The position numbers and the translations under genes were made by a program. The notes under the pieces were generated by a model. The model saw only the letters and a program-made list of their open reading frames with translations. It did no database searches and was not told the DNA's origin. A stretch of 54,272 bases of DNA, filler included, from Porpidia crustulata (lineage: Eukaryota), in NCBI GenBank assembly GCA_964255105.1. It is 3 parts of 3 records of this genome, joined end to end, with 100 filler letters (N's around TTAATTAATTAA, not from the genome) between each part and the next. Parts side by side here need not be neighbours in the genome. Positions count along the whole stretch, not along the records: positions 18,159 to 36,210 come from CAXUWE010000196.1; positions 36,311 to 54,272 come from CAXUWE010000197.1; 1 more part is not named here. One strand, given 5' to 3'. Shown in pieces: positions 34,891 through 47,610 of the stretch; position 1 is the first letter of the stretch, and each line of letters starts with the position of its first letter.

Positions 34891-36156
34891 TGTCCTCTAA
34901 AGTGGTTCATGCAGTAGTCCATGGACCGATTGCCTACGCACTTTCATTCCGGTATCCAACAAGCTGAGAGCAGTTTGTGGACAGCCACGTTCTCATAGAT
35001 TACAAGACACAATCGCTGGCTTCGTAAGACATCCCGCAAGCCGGATTGTGGGAGAACGGAGTCACACAGACACGTCTTGCTACGTTGATTCACTGTTCAC
35101 CGACAAGTCGCACAGACAGTTGAACATTCATCGGTCCCTTCTGCAATCGCTAATGGTCACAGACGCCTTTGTGATCTTCACCACCAGTCATGGCGATCAC
35201 GAGACTCAGGAACTACTAAGAAGTAGCGATGAATAGCGAAATATCAGTAAACTTTCACACAAAAGTACCTTAGTCACCGTAAGGAAGACGGCAGTGAACG
35301 AGGGCTCTTGAAGCACGCCAAGTGAACCCCTGAAAATGTTTCATCAGTCGACTGCATAATCCCCTAAGCTCAAGTGAGCAGAAGATCCCAAAATTAGAAG
35401 GCAATCCATCCATCATGGATCAACATCATTGCCTCCGAGCCAATCATGACAAAGCAAACCCATTCATTCCCTTCCCGTGTCACTAATTAGATGACGATAG
35501 ATAATAATCCCTGGATTTCTTACACGGGAATTGAATTTGAATTGCGGGGGGGGGAAAGTCGTTGACCCACGCCAGCAATCACGCTTCGGCCTTAGCATGC
35601 TCTCCATTCTCCGATTTAGAGGGGGATACTCACAGACACCATAGCCTAGCACAGATCTTGCGGGTATAGAGTAGGAAGAGACACGCATGTATCCCCGTAT
35701 TATTCCATATTCAAATCGCCTCTACCTATTTTCCACAATCTCCCTCGTGGCTGTGAAAGTACGAATCATGGAGTAGGTACCGTAGCGCCAAGTGCTCAAT
35801 CAAAATGAAGTGAATCGTCCCTTCCAACGCCTATCAATGTATCCTCAATTCCGGATCAGTGTCTGCCATTCACCAAAGAACTTATGATAAATACTGACCA
35901 AGGTAAACGATCACTACGCGTGTGACTGATCAGGTAAGAAAGGGTGGAAATCCTGGCTGGAGTGAATAGCAAAACCAGCGAATTAAGTGACCAACTACTG
36001 ACTTCGCCAGTCCACCAACCAACCAGTTGTATCGTAGCTTTCTTCTTGGAGTAGTACAGCACCACATAAATCAGTCGCCCATTCGCAAAGCCAGAAGGAA
36101 GACCTTTTATTAGCTCACGGATTATTACTATTATAATTAATTGCTATTATCATCTA

Positions 36157-37304
36157 TTACTTTGCCTCTTTACCTCTAACCTCTTCGACGATTTTATCGC
36201 TGCGATTATCNNNNNNNNNNNNNNNNNNNNNNNNNNNNNNNNNNNNNNNNNNNNTTAATTAATTAANNNNNNNNNNNNNNNNNNNNNNNNNNNNNNNNNN
36301 NNNNNNNNNNGGTTTAGGAGGTAGACGCCAGTGAAAATGACGAGGAAGCCCGACAAGAGGGAGAGGGTGTTCACGGCATCGGTGGTATTGAAGCCCTGAA
36401 AGAGTATGAAGGAGGCGCAAAGGGTGGCGGTCGTGAAGGTGACGTAGTAGAGGGGATTCACTCTATGAATGAAAATAAGCTTGGGGGGTTGCGGGGGGTG
36501 GTAGGAAAAGGTAGAAATGATGGACGTACATAGAAGTGGAGAATTGACTAAGGGCTTTGTTAAAGTAATTCATTTGTGTCAGTATACAGACAATGGTGAC
36601 AATGGCGAAGGCGTAGGTGGAAGGATGGCTAAATTGATTGTTCCCGTTCAAGCTCAGTTTCAAAGCGATTCCGAAGGCTTTGACCGACATAACTGATACG
36701 GAGCCGACGGTGGAACATATCGAGAGGTAGATGAGGGGATTTTTCTTTCCGTACTTTGGAGCGACACGGTAGATCATGACACTTGAGAACACGGCCACTG
36801 AGATGCAGTAGAGCAGGAAGGCTGGCAGGAAAGTCAGCTTCGTACAGTGTATGGGGAAAAGATGTATGTCATACGTATATGTATAGCATATTGCAGAATC
36901 TCGTCAACTGTTGTAATCTCCTTGTCTGGCGGCGCGTGCAGCACTATTATAACGGACCCAATCAAGCACATGGCGCATCCAAGTTTCCCCAGTATTCCGA
37001 GCTCTTCCTTGAGGAAATATGACCCCAGTACAGCCCCTATCAAAACACTGAGGGCTCCTAAAGGCGTGACCAGGATTGCCGGCGCAAAGGCGTACGCCGC
37101 AAAGTTGGCGATCTCGCCAATAACCAGCGTTATGATACCCCCCCACCAGGTGCCACTCTTAAGATACGCAAATCCATCCCCCTCAAATCCATGCCGCTCG
37201 CTCGCTTCAAGTAGGCCTTTCTTTGTTATCACAAAGCTCGTTCCTATGGCCATGGTGGAGACCATGGCTAAAGCCAAACCAACATATTTGTCTTCTATCA
37301 TCAT
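36157..37304 (-). CDS. NIPA-family (DUF803) magnesium transporter, interrupted by the gap
   Basis: IEDKYVGLALA, GEIANFAAYAFAPAILVTPLGALSV, QMNYFNKAL and VNPLYYV. Introns 36822-36874 and ~36463-36529. Sequence visible to 36311; putative C-terminus DNRSDKIVEEVRGKEAK* at 36210-36157 is tentative. Confidence 0.92.
36211..36310. other. Assembly gap with synthetic six-frame-stop spacer
   Basis: 44 N + TTAATTAATTAA (36255-36266) + 44 N. Confidence 0.97.
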
Positions 37305-38516
37305 GGGAGGGGTTGCCCATGCAATCTTTCAATAGCCTCAGGGCAGGAGCCCCGTTCTTGGCCTTTCACTCAACTCCAGGAGGCCACGTGATGCCAGCTC
37401 TGCGTGTCGCTCTTTTCACTCGTTGGCCACGACTTAAACCTATCCTTTAGACCGTTTCATAAGAATTAGGAGTTGAATCGGTTGAAAGCTGATTTTTGCG
37501 CGTTGAAAGGTGGAAATCTGGGTTTAAGGAATGTATGCGACTATGGCCAAGGAGTGATTGCGGTGCAGCGGGTATGGGATACCTCTACTACTTGATGCTG
37601 TATGAGGCTGTGGGAAAGTCCCGTGTGATCTAACGAGCGTCAAAGGAATCAATTACAAGAGAGCAGAGTTGGAAACGTAGGAGCCATGAAGTAGAAAGGG
37701 CCCGCTCTCAAGGTACGAGGACTACAACTTTCGAGGGAGTTGGTCAATCGTTTCTATTTCAGGACATCTCGAGAAGTAACGTCATTGGGACTAGTACGGA
37801 ACCAGCATCACGAATTCGGCTATCTCAGGCTTTCCACACACCCACATAAGGGCCATGGACTGCCGAAGGGGGCTGACGTCTTGGCAATGGGTTCCACCAG
37901 CTCCTGAAAAGCTGGGTATATTGAATTAAATTACTATCAAAAATCGCTAAAGCACCCATCCACTGCAAAATCGAGCGTCAGAATCCATCAGCCCCGGTCA
38001 TTGAGCGATACAAAATGGACACCTTGGCCCTGTGAACTTCACTAACAGGAGACGGCCTGCGCTACCACAATGAAGCATCGTAAGTAGTATGAAGACGACA
38101 TTCCCAAGCTTAAGTGTAATGTTTCCGGGACCCGGACCGAGCTGTCAGCGTGCCAATAAGAGCATGGGGATAATTCAAGGGTATAGTGGGTATCGTTCGA
38201 AGGGATAAACAGGGGAAATATTGAAAAGGCACACTTACGTCTGCCACAAACTTACATTGATCGAGACTTACCTCACCCTGCAGTGCGTTCCGATAACCTG
38301 TGGATGACCATGTGAGGGCCCGATGAGGATCGGTTTACCTAAGCTGGTTGTGATTGGGAAGATATAGCTGTCTGGACCAAGTTCCGAGATTCGCTCCGTA
38401 AGCTACATTCAAATGCCCTGAATGATCCGATGGATATGCTAGCGCCTTCCAAATTGATAGGGAGTCTTTGCGGGACCACCAACCATGATCGCCTTTTAGT
38501 GGAAGACAAATAGATT

Positions 38517-41230
38517 TCATCTTGAGCGATTGCGTTTAGGATCTATTCTATTTGTTAATCCAACTATCATGGTGGGAGAAGTCTCTGGCTAGATCTCACC
38601 TTGAGCATCGTCTTCCATATCACTGCGTAAACGCTTAAGAGACTCAGGACTTGCACTCAGACCTTGCTCGATAGGCAGCGTTGGCAATGCTGATCCATCT
38701 TCATCATCACTGTAGTCAATTTGATCGTCATTTCGAATGAGCTTGTGTGGTATGTGACCAGGCTGAGACCTATTCGTCAAAGTTGAACTTGAATGATCCA
38801 AGTTGTGCTCGTTGCCGTTGCTGTTGCCGTTGCTTACGGTTCCGTTAGCATTGGCACTACGCGTGGCTTTGCCTGTGTCCAAGTCGTCGACTGAAAATTC
38901 ATATAGATCCTCGCGGCTGTCATCCTGATTGTGAAGTTCGGTGTGCACGTCAGCTACGCCCTGCTCTGAAGGTGGTTCATTGCCCTTTATATCATTTTCC
39001 TGAAATTGTATGTTCTGGTTTTCCTCATTCACTTGGTCCGTAAAGACCGACTCTATTTGGAGTTCTGGGGTTTGTGAATCCTCATAGGTCGCATTTCTGG
39101 GAGCCTTTATGTCATTTGTGGGACTTCGTCCAGAACAGTCTTCCTGTATATGGTTGGCTTCATGTTCATCGGATTCAAACTCAGAGATTTCGCCTTGCTG
39201 GTCAACTCCGATGTACTCCCCGTCGCCAGGCTCAAGGCCCTCATCTGCTTCGCTTACATCGCTCGTACCCTTCGCGGCTTGTTCCTGCTCAAATGGAACT
39301 ATTTGATACTCATGTTCCCAATTTGGCTCATACCAGCTCTCTGCTAGATCGTTATTTGGCACCTTTTCGGTAATGGTAGCAACTTCAAATTTAGAACCCT
39401 CGATACTGTCACCTTGTATCGTGGATGACCTGGTCGACAAGTCATGAGTGACATCATCTTCACCTCCTTCATCGTTATAGTTAATCACGTCATCGTTCTC
39501 TACGTCAACTGCGCTGGAGACTCTGGGGGCAGGCTCATGATTGTCAGCGGATGATAATTTAGCAGTCTCCATTTCCGCCTGCGGGATTAGTCGCTGTTCT
39601 TCTATAGTACTAGCATCATTGGCTCCGAGATGTACTTCTCTGCTACGAGGAAACTGCGTTATTTTTGATGCGTGTTCCAAAGGTGCACCGTCCAATCGAG
39701 GCTCAATTCCGGGGGCTCCTAAATTAGGTACACTTCCCTTGGAAGTAAGCTGGGTCCTCTGACTAGTCTTATGATCGCTGGAATCCGTGCCGTCCTCCTT
39801 CTCTCTATCAGTGTCTGGGAGATTGTAAGGAAGATACTCTTCCACCTCCCCGTAAGGCGAGCTACTTTGATCATGTAAATCTTTTTCGATGCCGTCAGCT
39901 TGTTGCTCTACGTCTTCGAATTGTGGACTATTGTCATCAGGTAGTTCAAGCAATGGAAGCTGAGAGATTCCTTTGCCCTCAGCAACTGCATTAACTAGAT
40001 ATCTCATACGTTGCGAGAACATTATCTTGGTACATAAAACAAGGTATAGGGGCCCTGGATTTTCGAGCCCGTCATGATGCTGTAGCTGTACGTACAGATC
40101 TAAAATATCGGTGAGGGTTGTCGTGGAAGATTCTGGAGTCGACTTTATGGCAAATAATGTTAGGAGAACACAGACTTTCGAGAATTGGGGACGCTTACTT
40201 CGCTAATTTGAAGACCTAGTTCTTCGATTCGAATCTCTAATTCATCCTGTTCATTAATGCTTTCTCCTAGTAAAGATCGGCAAGCTCCCAATAAGTTGCT
40301 GATACTCCCAAGAGCATATGATTCATCCTGGAGGAAATATGTTTGAGAGTGTTCCTCATCTTGGTCCACAGGAGGGAATAGCGACATCTCATTGTCCTGA
40401 TATACCACGACAACTGGATGCACGTAAGGGGAATCTTGCGAAACGCTGGCGTTAGGAGCTATCGAGTCATCTATATCAACAGTTGCGAGTTGACCTTCAC
40501 GAGGGGATACAGAACGTTCATAATGAGTATCACCTGTGCCCGGTGTCCTAGCTTGATCTTTGGACTGTGAATCACGAACACCTCTGGAGGCATTGGCATT
40601 GTTACTGGATTCTATTGGACTAGTTTCAAGAACTCTAGGTGGGTTGTCACCTTGCGGGCTGGAAGTTGAGAGGGCGGCGCTGCTTTGGCTGGGCTGATCC
40701 GTGGGGTCTATAACCGAAGCTTGTTTTGGAGTGTTGTCTAAGTGTTGCATGCTATTTTCGAGAGCCACCCGGTCAGTGACAGCAACATCAATTTCTTCTC
40801 GATTCTGTATTGTGGAGTCCGTCTGGATTATTTGTTGTACAGCGCTCTCATCGGAACCCGCAAAACTAGCATTAGCGTCGCTACCTATCGTGGCGTCTTC
40901 AACGTCTTCAATGCCTTCAGCGTCAACAACAGCTTCGTCGACTATAGAGAAACCCTCCTGGAATTCTCCAGACGAATAATCATTATCGAACATTTCATCA
41001 TCGTTACCAGCCTCAAGCGCATCCACATCAGGTAATTCCTGATCTGTCACCGAATTTATGTCCTCAGCCATCTGATCATCGTCGTGCTCTTGTGGAAGAT
41101 CGTTTGTCGAGGTGTCAATGTCGATATCTTCAGCGTTGGTAGGTGGGTTCAATTCCGAAGAGAGCTCCATAAGGTCTTCTGTTGTAGTCACACCAAGCTG
41201 AGCAACGTCTAGGTCTTGAAATGAAGCCAT
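38517..41230 (-). CDS. Large acidic, probably nuclear protein with a DUF2420-like (Rmr1-related) core (~866 aa, 3 exons)
   Basis: Exons 41230-40199, 40142-38600 and 38542-38517. Ordered core HPVVVVYQDNEMSLFPP...TYFLQD...LGLQISE...LYVQLQHHDG..PGPLYL; C-terminal KRLRS...DPKRNRSR looks like a bipartite NLS. Confidence 0.8.
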
Positions 41231-41862
41231 GGAAGGCTGGGTTTCTTAAGAGTATATGTCCAAGAGCCTCCAGTGTGCATTAGTGATCTTTGCACAGTAT
41301 CCGCTCCTCCGTGTGATGAAAGGAGATCTAACTGAACAGAGAAAGCCACTCAACCAACGTTTGAAGACAAGGGCTATAGTTGTGCTTTGTATTCATTATC
41401 AAATGGCTCGGTGAGGTGACCGAACGGTAACGGTGTTGGATTGGGAGAAGAGCCGTCTTCTAGGAAACACTTAAAGACCGGAAACGCGTCATGAAATCAC
41501 AGACTTGGCTTTCGTGAGCGTTGGATAATATTTGGAGCTGGATATATCAAGGTTGTGGTTGTGGAGAGGTACTTTGAAAGTGAGTAATAATCAGGTAGTT
41601 GGTGACAGCCGCAGCTGCTGAATGCAGCAAAGGGTGATCTACTGTAAAATAACTAGAATACGCTAGCCTTAGCCCTTGTATAATATTAGCTACATAGGTA
41701 CCTACCTACCTAGCTTTCCACATTTCAACGTCAGAGTTCAGTGCGGGTGTCGAGGCAATATATCAATTTCGGTTCCCTAGCCTTTGTCCAAGAGTGCAAT
41801 GCGACTTTACCGCATGCATGACAGAGTTATCATCGGCAACCTTCCTCTAAATATCTGCAGCT

Positions 41863-43627
41863 ATGGTATCTCGTCTTTGCCGCCAAAGCACTCGCCAAAC
41901 GCACGCTGACCGGCTCAGGTGGTCCTTGCGGCTTCAATATGTACCAGGGGAGGTAAGGCGGTGCTTTCACGACATTTCCGGGAGGTTGCACGCTCCAGAA
42001 TTGAAGGTCTTTTGGCCTCATTTCCTAAATTAGCCGATTCAGGGACGCAGCACACAACCGTAGAGCAAGATAATGTTCGCTACGTGTACCAACCCCTTGA
42101 CGAGCTCTACATGGTTCTCATTACCAACCGGCAATCGAACATCCTACAAGACATCGACTCTCTGCATCTATTCGCTCAAGTTGTGACAAGTATTTGCAAG
42201 AGCCTGGATGAAAGAGAAATCCTACGAAATGCGTATGAACTCCTCAGTGCATTCGATGAGCTAGTGACCCTGGGCTATCGGGAGAATCTATCACTTGGCC
42301 AGATCAAGACTTTCTTGGAGATGGAGAGTCATGAAGAGAGGATACAGGAGATCATCTCGAGGGTAGGTGTTTCAGACTGGTATTCTGAGAGGAGGAATAA
42401 TTATGCTGACGGTCTCACGTAGAATAAGGAACTGGAAGCCACCGAAGAGCGCAAGAGAAAGGCGAAGCAGCTCGAACTACAACGAAAAGAGATGGCTCGA
42501 AGCGGGAGAGGAATTGCCCCTCGCGCGCCATCGTATCCTACGTATACTCCACCATCTCGTCCTGTCGGTACCGACACGTACGACAGCTACGAGGCCGAGA
42601 AGAACAAATCTTTCAAGTACGTCCTTAACTTTCTAGCGTAATTAAGCAAGCGCTAACTCTATGAAGACCAACGGCTTCGAAAGGCAAAGGCATGCAGCTT
42701 GGGAAAAAGTCAAAGACGACCGATATGTTCGAGCGAGTGAGAGGAGATCTAGGCCCCCAGGCTGAGGAAACCGCATCTCTGGTGTCGAACGCGCAACCAA
42801 TAGCGCCAGTGGAAGCTGTTTCTCATTCTCGTGCATCCGCATCACTTGATCGCGACGCGATTCACCTAACAATTGTAGAGAGTATATCAGCTAAGCTATC
42901 GCGAGAAGGAACTTTAAAGTCTTTCAACGTCAAGGGCGACCTGCAGCTACGCATCACCGATCCTTCCATGACAAAAGTAAAACTTGACCTTACCGCCAAC
43001 GCAACTCACAACGCCCAGTTCAGGACCCATCCAAATGTCGATAAAGGCCTATTCAATGGGTCAAAGACCATTCAACTTCGAGATAGCTCTAAAGGATTTC
43101 CAGCAAATAACCCTGTTGGTGTCCTTCGCTGGAGTGCAAGCGCTCCCACCGACTCTAATGCTGTTCTCCCGATCACCTTCACAATTTGGGTGAACAAAGG
43201 CTCGGACGAATCTTGGACTATTACTATCGAATATGAGTTGACAGGAGGAGATAGCCTGCGCGATGTGGTTGTGACAATTCCGTATGCGACCAGTGAACCT
43301 GCAGTATCAAGCTTCGATGCTGTGTACGAAGTCTCGGGTGATAGTCTAGATTGGACTATTGGTTCAATCGATGATTCCAATGCGACTGGCTCATTTGAGT
43401 TTGAAGCGCAAGCCGAAGATGAAGCAGAGTTTTTCCCAATGAGCGTGCGATTTTCCAAGAGCAAACCATTCGTGGATGTAGACGTAAGGTCCTCCTCTTC
43501 TAAGGATTAATCTAATACTAATTCAACACTGGCGTAGATCAAATCAGTCTCACTAATAGATATGGATCAAGATATGTCGTTCACCAAAGACGTCAAGTCC
43601 GCAGCTGACTCGTACCTGATAGAGTAA
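41863..43627 (+). CDS. RET2: Coatomer subunit delta (5 exons; first coding exon is ATG only)
   Basis: ATG 41863-41865, intron 41866-41918, then VVLAASICTRGGKAVLSR, SNILQDI, MESHEE and a mu-homology domain with THPNVDK. Other introns 42363-42422, 42617-42666 and 43484-43537. Confidence 0.96.
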
Positions 43628-44109
43628 CGAGGATTAATCGTGGTCCCGTAAACAGAGCTGATAGATAGAGTGGCAACGGCTCTACTCGCAAACTTCATTA
43701 GGTTATTTAACGCCGCGATAATCTTTGCTTGTGTGGAATGAATTATACCATAGACTTTGAAGTGCTCGGTTGTAGTTCTCCGTACCTATCTACAAACTAT
43801 ATGTGGGTATCTAGATATCTAGCTCGCCGCGACCCGCAATAGATACTTCGAAATCAGTTATTCTACGAGAGGCTAACACGAAGAGTTCAAGAGCTTGCAA
43901 CAATTTTCCTTATATCTGCGTATGAATCTCTGAGCATGATCTGCCTGTGGCGCACACAAAACTTCCGAGGTGAAGGCCAAAGTTTGCATCCTCTGTAAAC
44001 CCACCATCACCACTGGGGACCTTAACGAGTGGTCCACTCGTGGTCTTATATGATGAGCGCTACGTTGAGGTAGCCTACGTAATTTACATTCAACCCTCGT
44101 TTGGTCATC

Positions 44110-46855
44110 ATGGAATCCGGATCAATCATGCTGAATATGTTGGCTGAAACGATCGTCCGGCCTGCTATCAATCCTAGGCATTTGGCATATTGCCCAACCA
44201 TGGATCTTGTCGCTCTCGCCACAACTGATGAACAGGTCCATGTTCACAGGTTGAACGGACAAAAGGTGTTTAGTGTCTCAAGTAGAGAAGCTGGAAGTAA
44301 AATCAATATGGTGAGATGGAAGCCAAATGGTATGGCTCTAGTCTGTAGTTCCGTCTACTTTGGCAGTGCCATCTATCACATTCCTTTGCTGATGACCAGC
44401 TCAGGCCAATCTCTTGCCGTTGCATTCAGCAATTATACTCTGTGCTTGGCAAGTGCTCATACTGGAAAGGTGATGCATCAGATAAATTGCTCCGCCCGTT
44501 CTGCATCTCAGGTCTGCTGCTTAGGGTGGGGCTTGAACTTTACGGACAGCCATGCTGTAAAAGTTCAATTGGGAAAATCAGGTAGGGAGAATTCTTTGGA
44601 AGATGTATTGAGCGATGGAGCCTTGTCAAGCAATGTAGATTCGTTGTCGGATCTACCACTAGATCTGGCCTTTCTCGACATTGAGGAAACGCTACCCAAA
44701 CTCAGTACCTTAGCTATGGGAGGGATTGAGTAGGTGATTGTCTTCTTTGACGAATACCAGCAGTACAGACTAAAATTTGGCAGTGATGACGTTTTCAACT
44801 CGAGAGCATCCTTAGATACAATGTTCCAGCCATTGACTAAGAATTCGACCACTTCAGTAGATATCCTCATCGTAGGTTTTGAAGATGGTACCGTCCATTT
44901 GAGTATTTATGACGTCTTTGAAATTGGCAGCTTCAACCTCCAGCATGTCTCAAAACTGCAGTATAGTAAGTCTATTATGCATTGCTCGCATCCATATGCA
45001 ACAACGCATCCGCTCCTGGTAACAGCCAAGTCAAATGGCGATCAAGAGCTCTTCGTCATGCCGCTTGATCTTCGCTTGATATCTAGTGCAAGAAGATATC
45101 TTTCACTACTCGCTTCAAAGTCTACACAATTACAAAACATCCTGCGGTATATCCGCCAAGTCCAGAGACAGATGTACAGCGAGTTCAAGAGCTCTCAAGA
45201 TCTGCCAAGTAGATTCATTCGAAACATAGAAGAAACTTTGCAGGAGAAGTATGACTGTACCTGGGTGCAGGCTGCTTATCATCTTGTCGTTACCGGCAAT
45301 TGCTACCCTCCAGTCAAAGAATGGCTGGTTGATGAACTGGGTGAGAGGGTACAACCAAACTCCCACATCGGTGGTCTGTGATGGTTTGCTAACTTTACAA
45401 GGGGCATAAGAGGTGGGAGAAGGCAATTATTGCAGGTTACGAAAATGTGAGACGTCTTGCCCACGAGACTCTAATACCTGCTTTGGAGCGAGTTTGTGTT
45501 TTGGTCAGTCGGCTTCGAGGCTTGTCTAGGTTCCAGGATTCAAGTGCCATGCTCGGTCTATCCACCCAGGAATTGGACGATGTTCTGGATACAGTAAATT
45601 GCTTGCAATTGATGGCCCACCACATCCTGATCTGTGCTGGCTCTGAGCTTCGTCAATTTTTGGCATTCTCGGCCTGGCTGCGCCAAGAGGTCGAGGTACA
45701 GTCAGTGGACATAAGCTTGGCGTCTGCGCATGAAGCCGCAGAAAAAGATCCCAGTATTGACCATATGAGTACGTTGGAATATATTCAGGGTCCTATGAGA
45801 CACAGCCAACTCTTCAGGTTCTTTACCATGGAATCAGGCGGCGATCAGAAGTCGCAATGGGATTTGTCAGTAGAACGACGAGCCTTATATGAAGTGTACA
45901 AGCAAGAACTCAATGACTCCAGCAAAGACCTTATGTCACTTAAGCAACCCCCGGGTCTTGAAGCGTTTATTTCGCGTTTAGACATACAATGTAATTTGGT
46001 ATTTGGTAGGATTGCGGAAACCCAGAGAAGAAATGTGAGGTTTGGTGCTCCAGTGCCGCTTGGAACAGAAGTTCCGGCATGCATAGATATGCGAATGGTG
46101 ATAGAGGTATGATATTTTAGATCACTCCTTCGAAGAAGCTACTGAGAATTTGGTTGTATAGAACGACAACAAAGCCAATGTCAACGATATTAATGAGTAC
46201 ACTTTGTACGTCGCGTTAGGTCCCACTGCAAATAGGGATAGCAGTAAGTCCTCTCAACCTGCCCTCATTCCGAGTCTGCTAACACAGTATAAGTACAGAT
46301 ACATAGGGTTATACTTAAGATCGAGAACGGTATGAGCTCTACCCTAGCTGTGGAGTGCACCAACATCCACACCTCCAAGCCGTATGGAAGTATCCGGGAT
46401 ATAAAATTTGTCGATGATGAGGCACTGATGATTGCCATTTCCCACGAATGTTGGTGCTTTCCCTCCTTTGCAGAATCATCGGTTTCACGGGCTAAGCTGA
46501 ATTGACAGTTTCGTCACATTTGATAAGCGTCAATTACCGTATGAAAACCAATGCTTCTGCTGGTCTGTCGTACACTGCAACAGAAGCAGCCCAAGAACGA
46601 AACGAGAGCCCCGATCTCAGTGGTCCGGAGCCTATGGCCCTGCTCACCCGACATACCTTTCCCGCCGGCATTTCATGGGCCCCAGAAAAGATGGACATAA
46701 ACGGGCGTAAGGGCAGGCGAGTAATGTGCGTTGTTGCTCAGGACATGACGCGCTACCGAACGTATGATGTTGATGGTAATGTTGAGAAGGAAATTTCAGA
46801 AAACGACAAGGATAATGAAAGTGACGATTCAATGCCTAAACAAGAATTGGGATGA
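44110..46855 (+). CDS. APC4: Anaphase-promoting complex subunit 4 (7 exons)
   Basis: YCPTMDLVAL...HRLNGQ, WKPNG/QSLAVA, KEWLVDELGER/GHKRWEKA, ETLIPALER and NGRKGRRVMCV. Six introns (44330-44404, 44730-44783, 45349-45401, 46107-46161, 46244-46293, 46450-46508) keep the frame. Confidence 0.92.
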
Positions 46856-47610
46856 CAAAGATCTGCTTTCTTGCTCTAGGGCGCAACAGGCCCCAGTGGG
46901 CTCGGAAGGAAACGATACCACCATACTCTGTACAATGGACTTGTTAGCAATCGTAAAGTTGGATGGCAGCAATAGCAAATATATTGTGCCGTCGACCAAA
47001 GGGTTTAAGTCAAAGGACTCATTCGACTTTTCGGAGTCAATCTGAGGAACATTCCCAAGTTGCATATGGACAGTCCTCGCAATTGATTACTTCGGACTTG
47101 TACATCATAACGTCAAGTCTTTCCTTTCTCCAGCTATTATTGAAAGGCTCAAATGAATCAGCCTTGCGAGTATCTCCCGTTGAGCAGTCTACGGGTAGGG
47201 CTATTAGCGTGTCATAAAGACGTGAAGTGAGCAATGTGTAGGGAGGAACACGGTCAGTGGAAATAACCACTGAGATGGAGTGGAAGTGTCAATCAGGCCT
47301 CATTAGAACGTATAGAATGAATAGAATGTGGATAATCAAGAGAAACTGTGGTGTCATATTGGACGCGTTGCTGGTGATACGAAATCTAAAGTATCTAAGT
47401 AGATATTCTTGACTATCGATTCTCGCTTGGCTCTGTCGTATCTTCATCTTCCGAAACTACGTGACTACCTACTGGTTCTTTACACAGCACGACCATTTCT
47501 ACGAGTTTATTCTTCCCCAAACATCACACGTTCTTTCGGCACAATACACGATAATCAGCTTTCAAATTTGGTGGCCAATTCCGATACTGTGATTTCGACG
47601 GTCTTGTCGC

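Noticed and set aside
46829..47270. Short ORFs between APC4 and KAP95
   Set aside because: No motifs or coherent exon chain that I can support.
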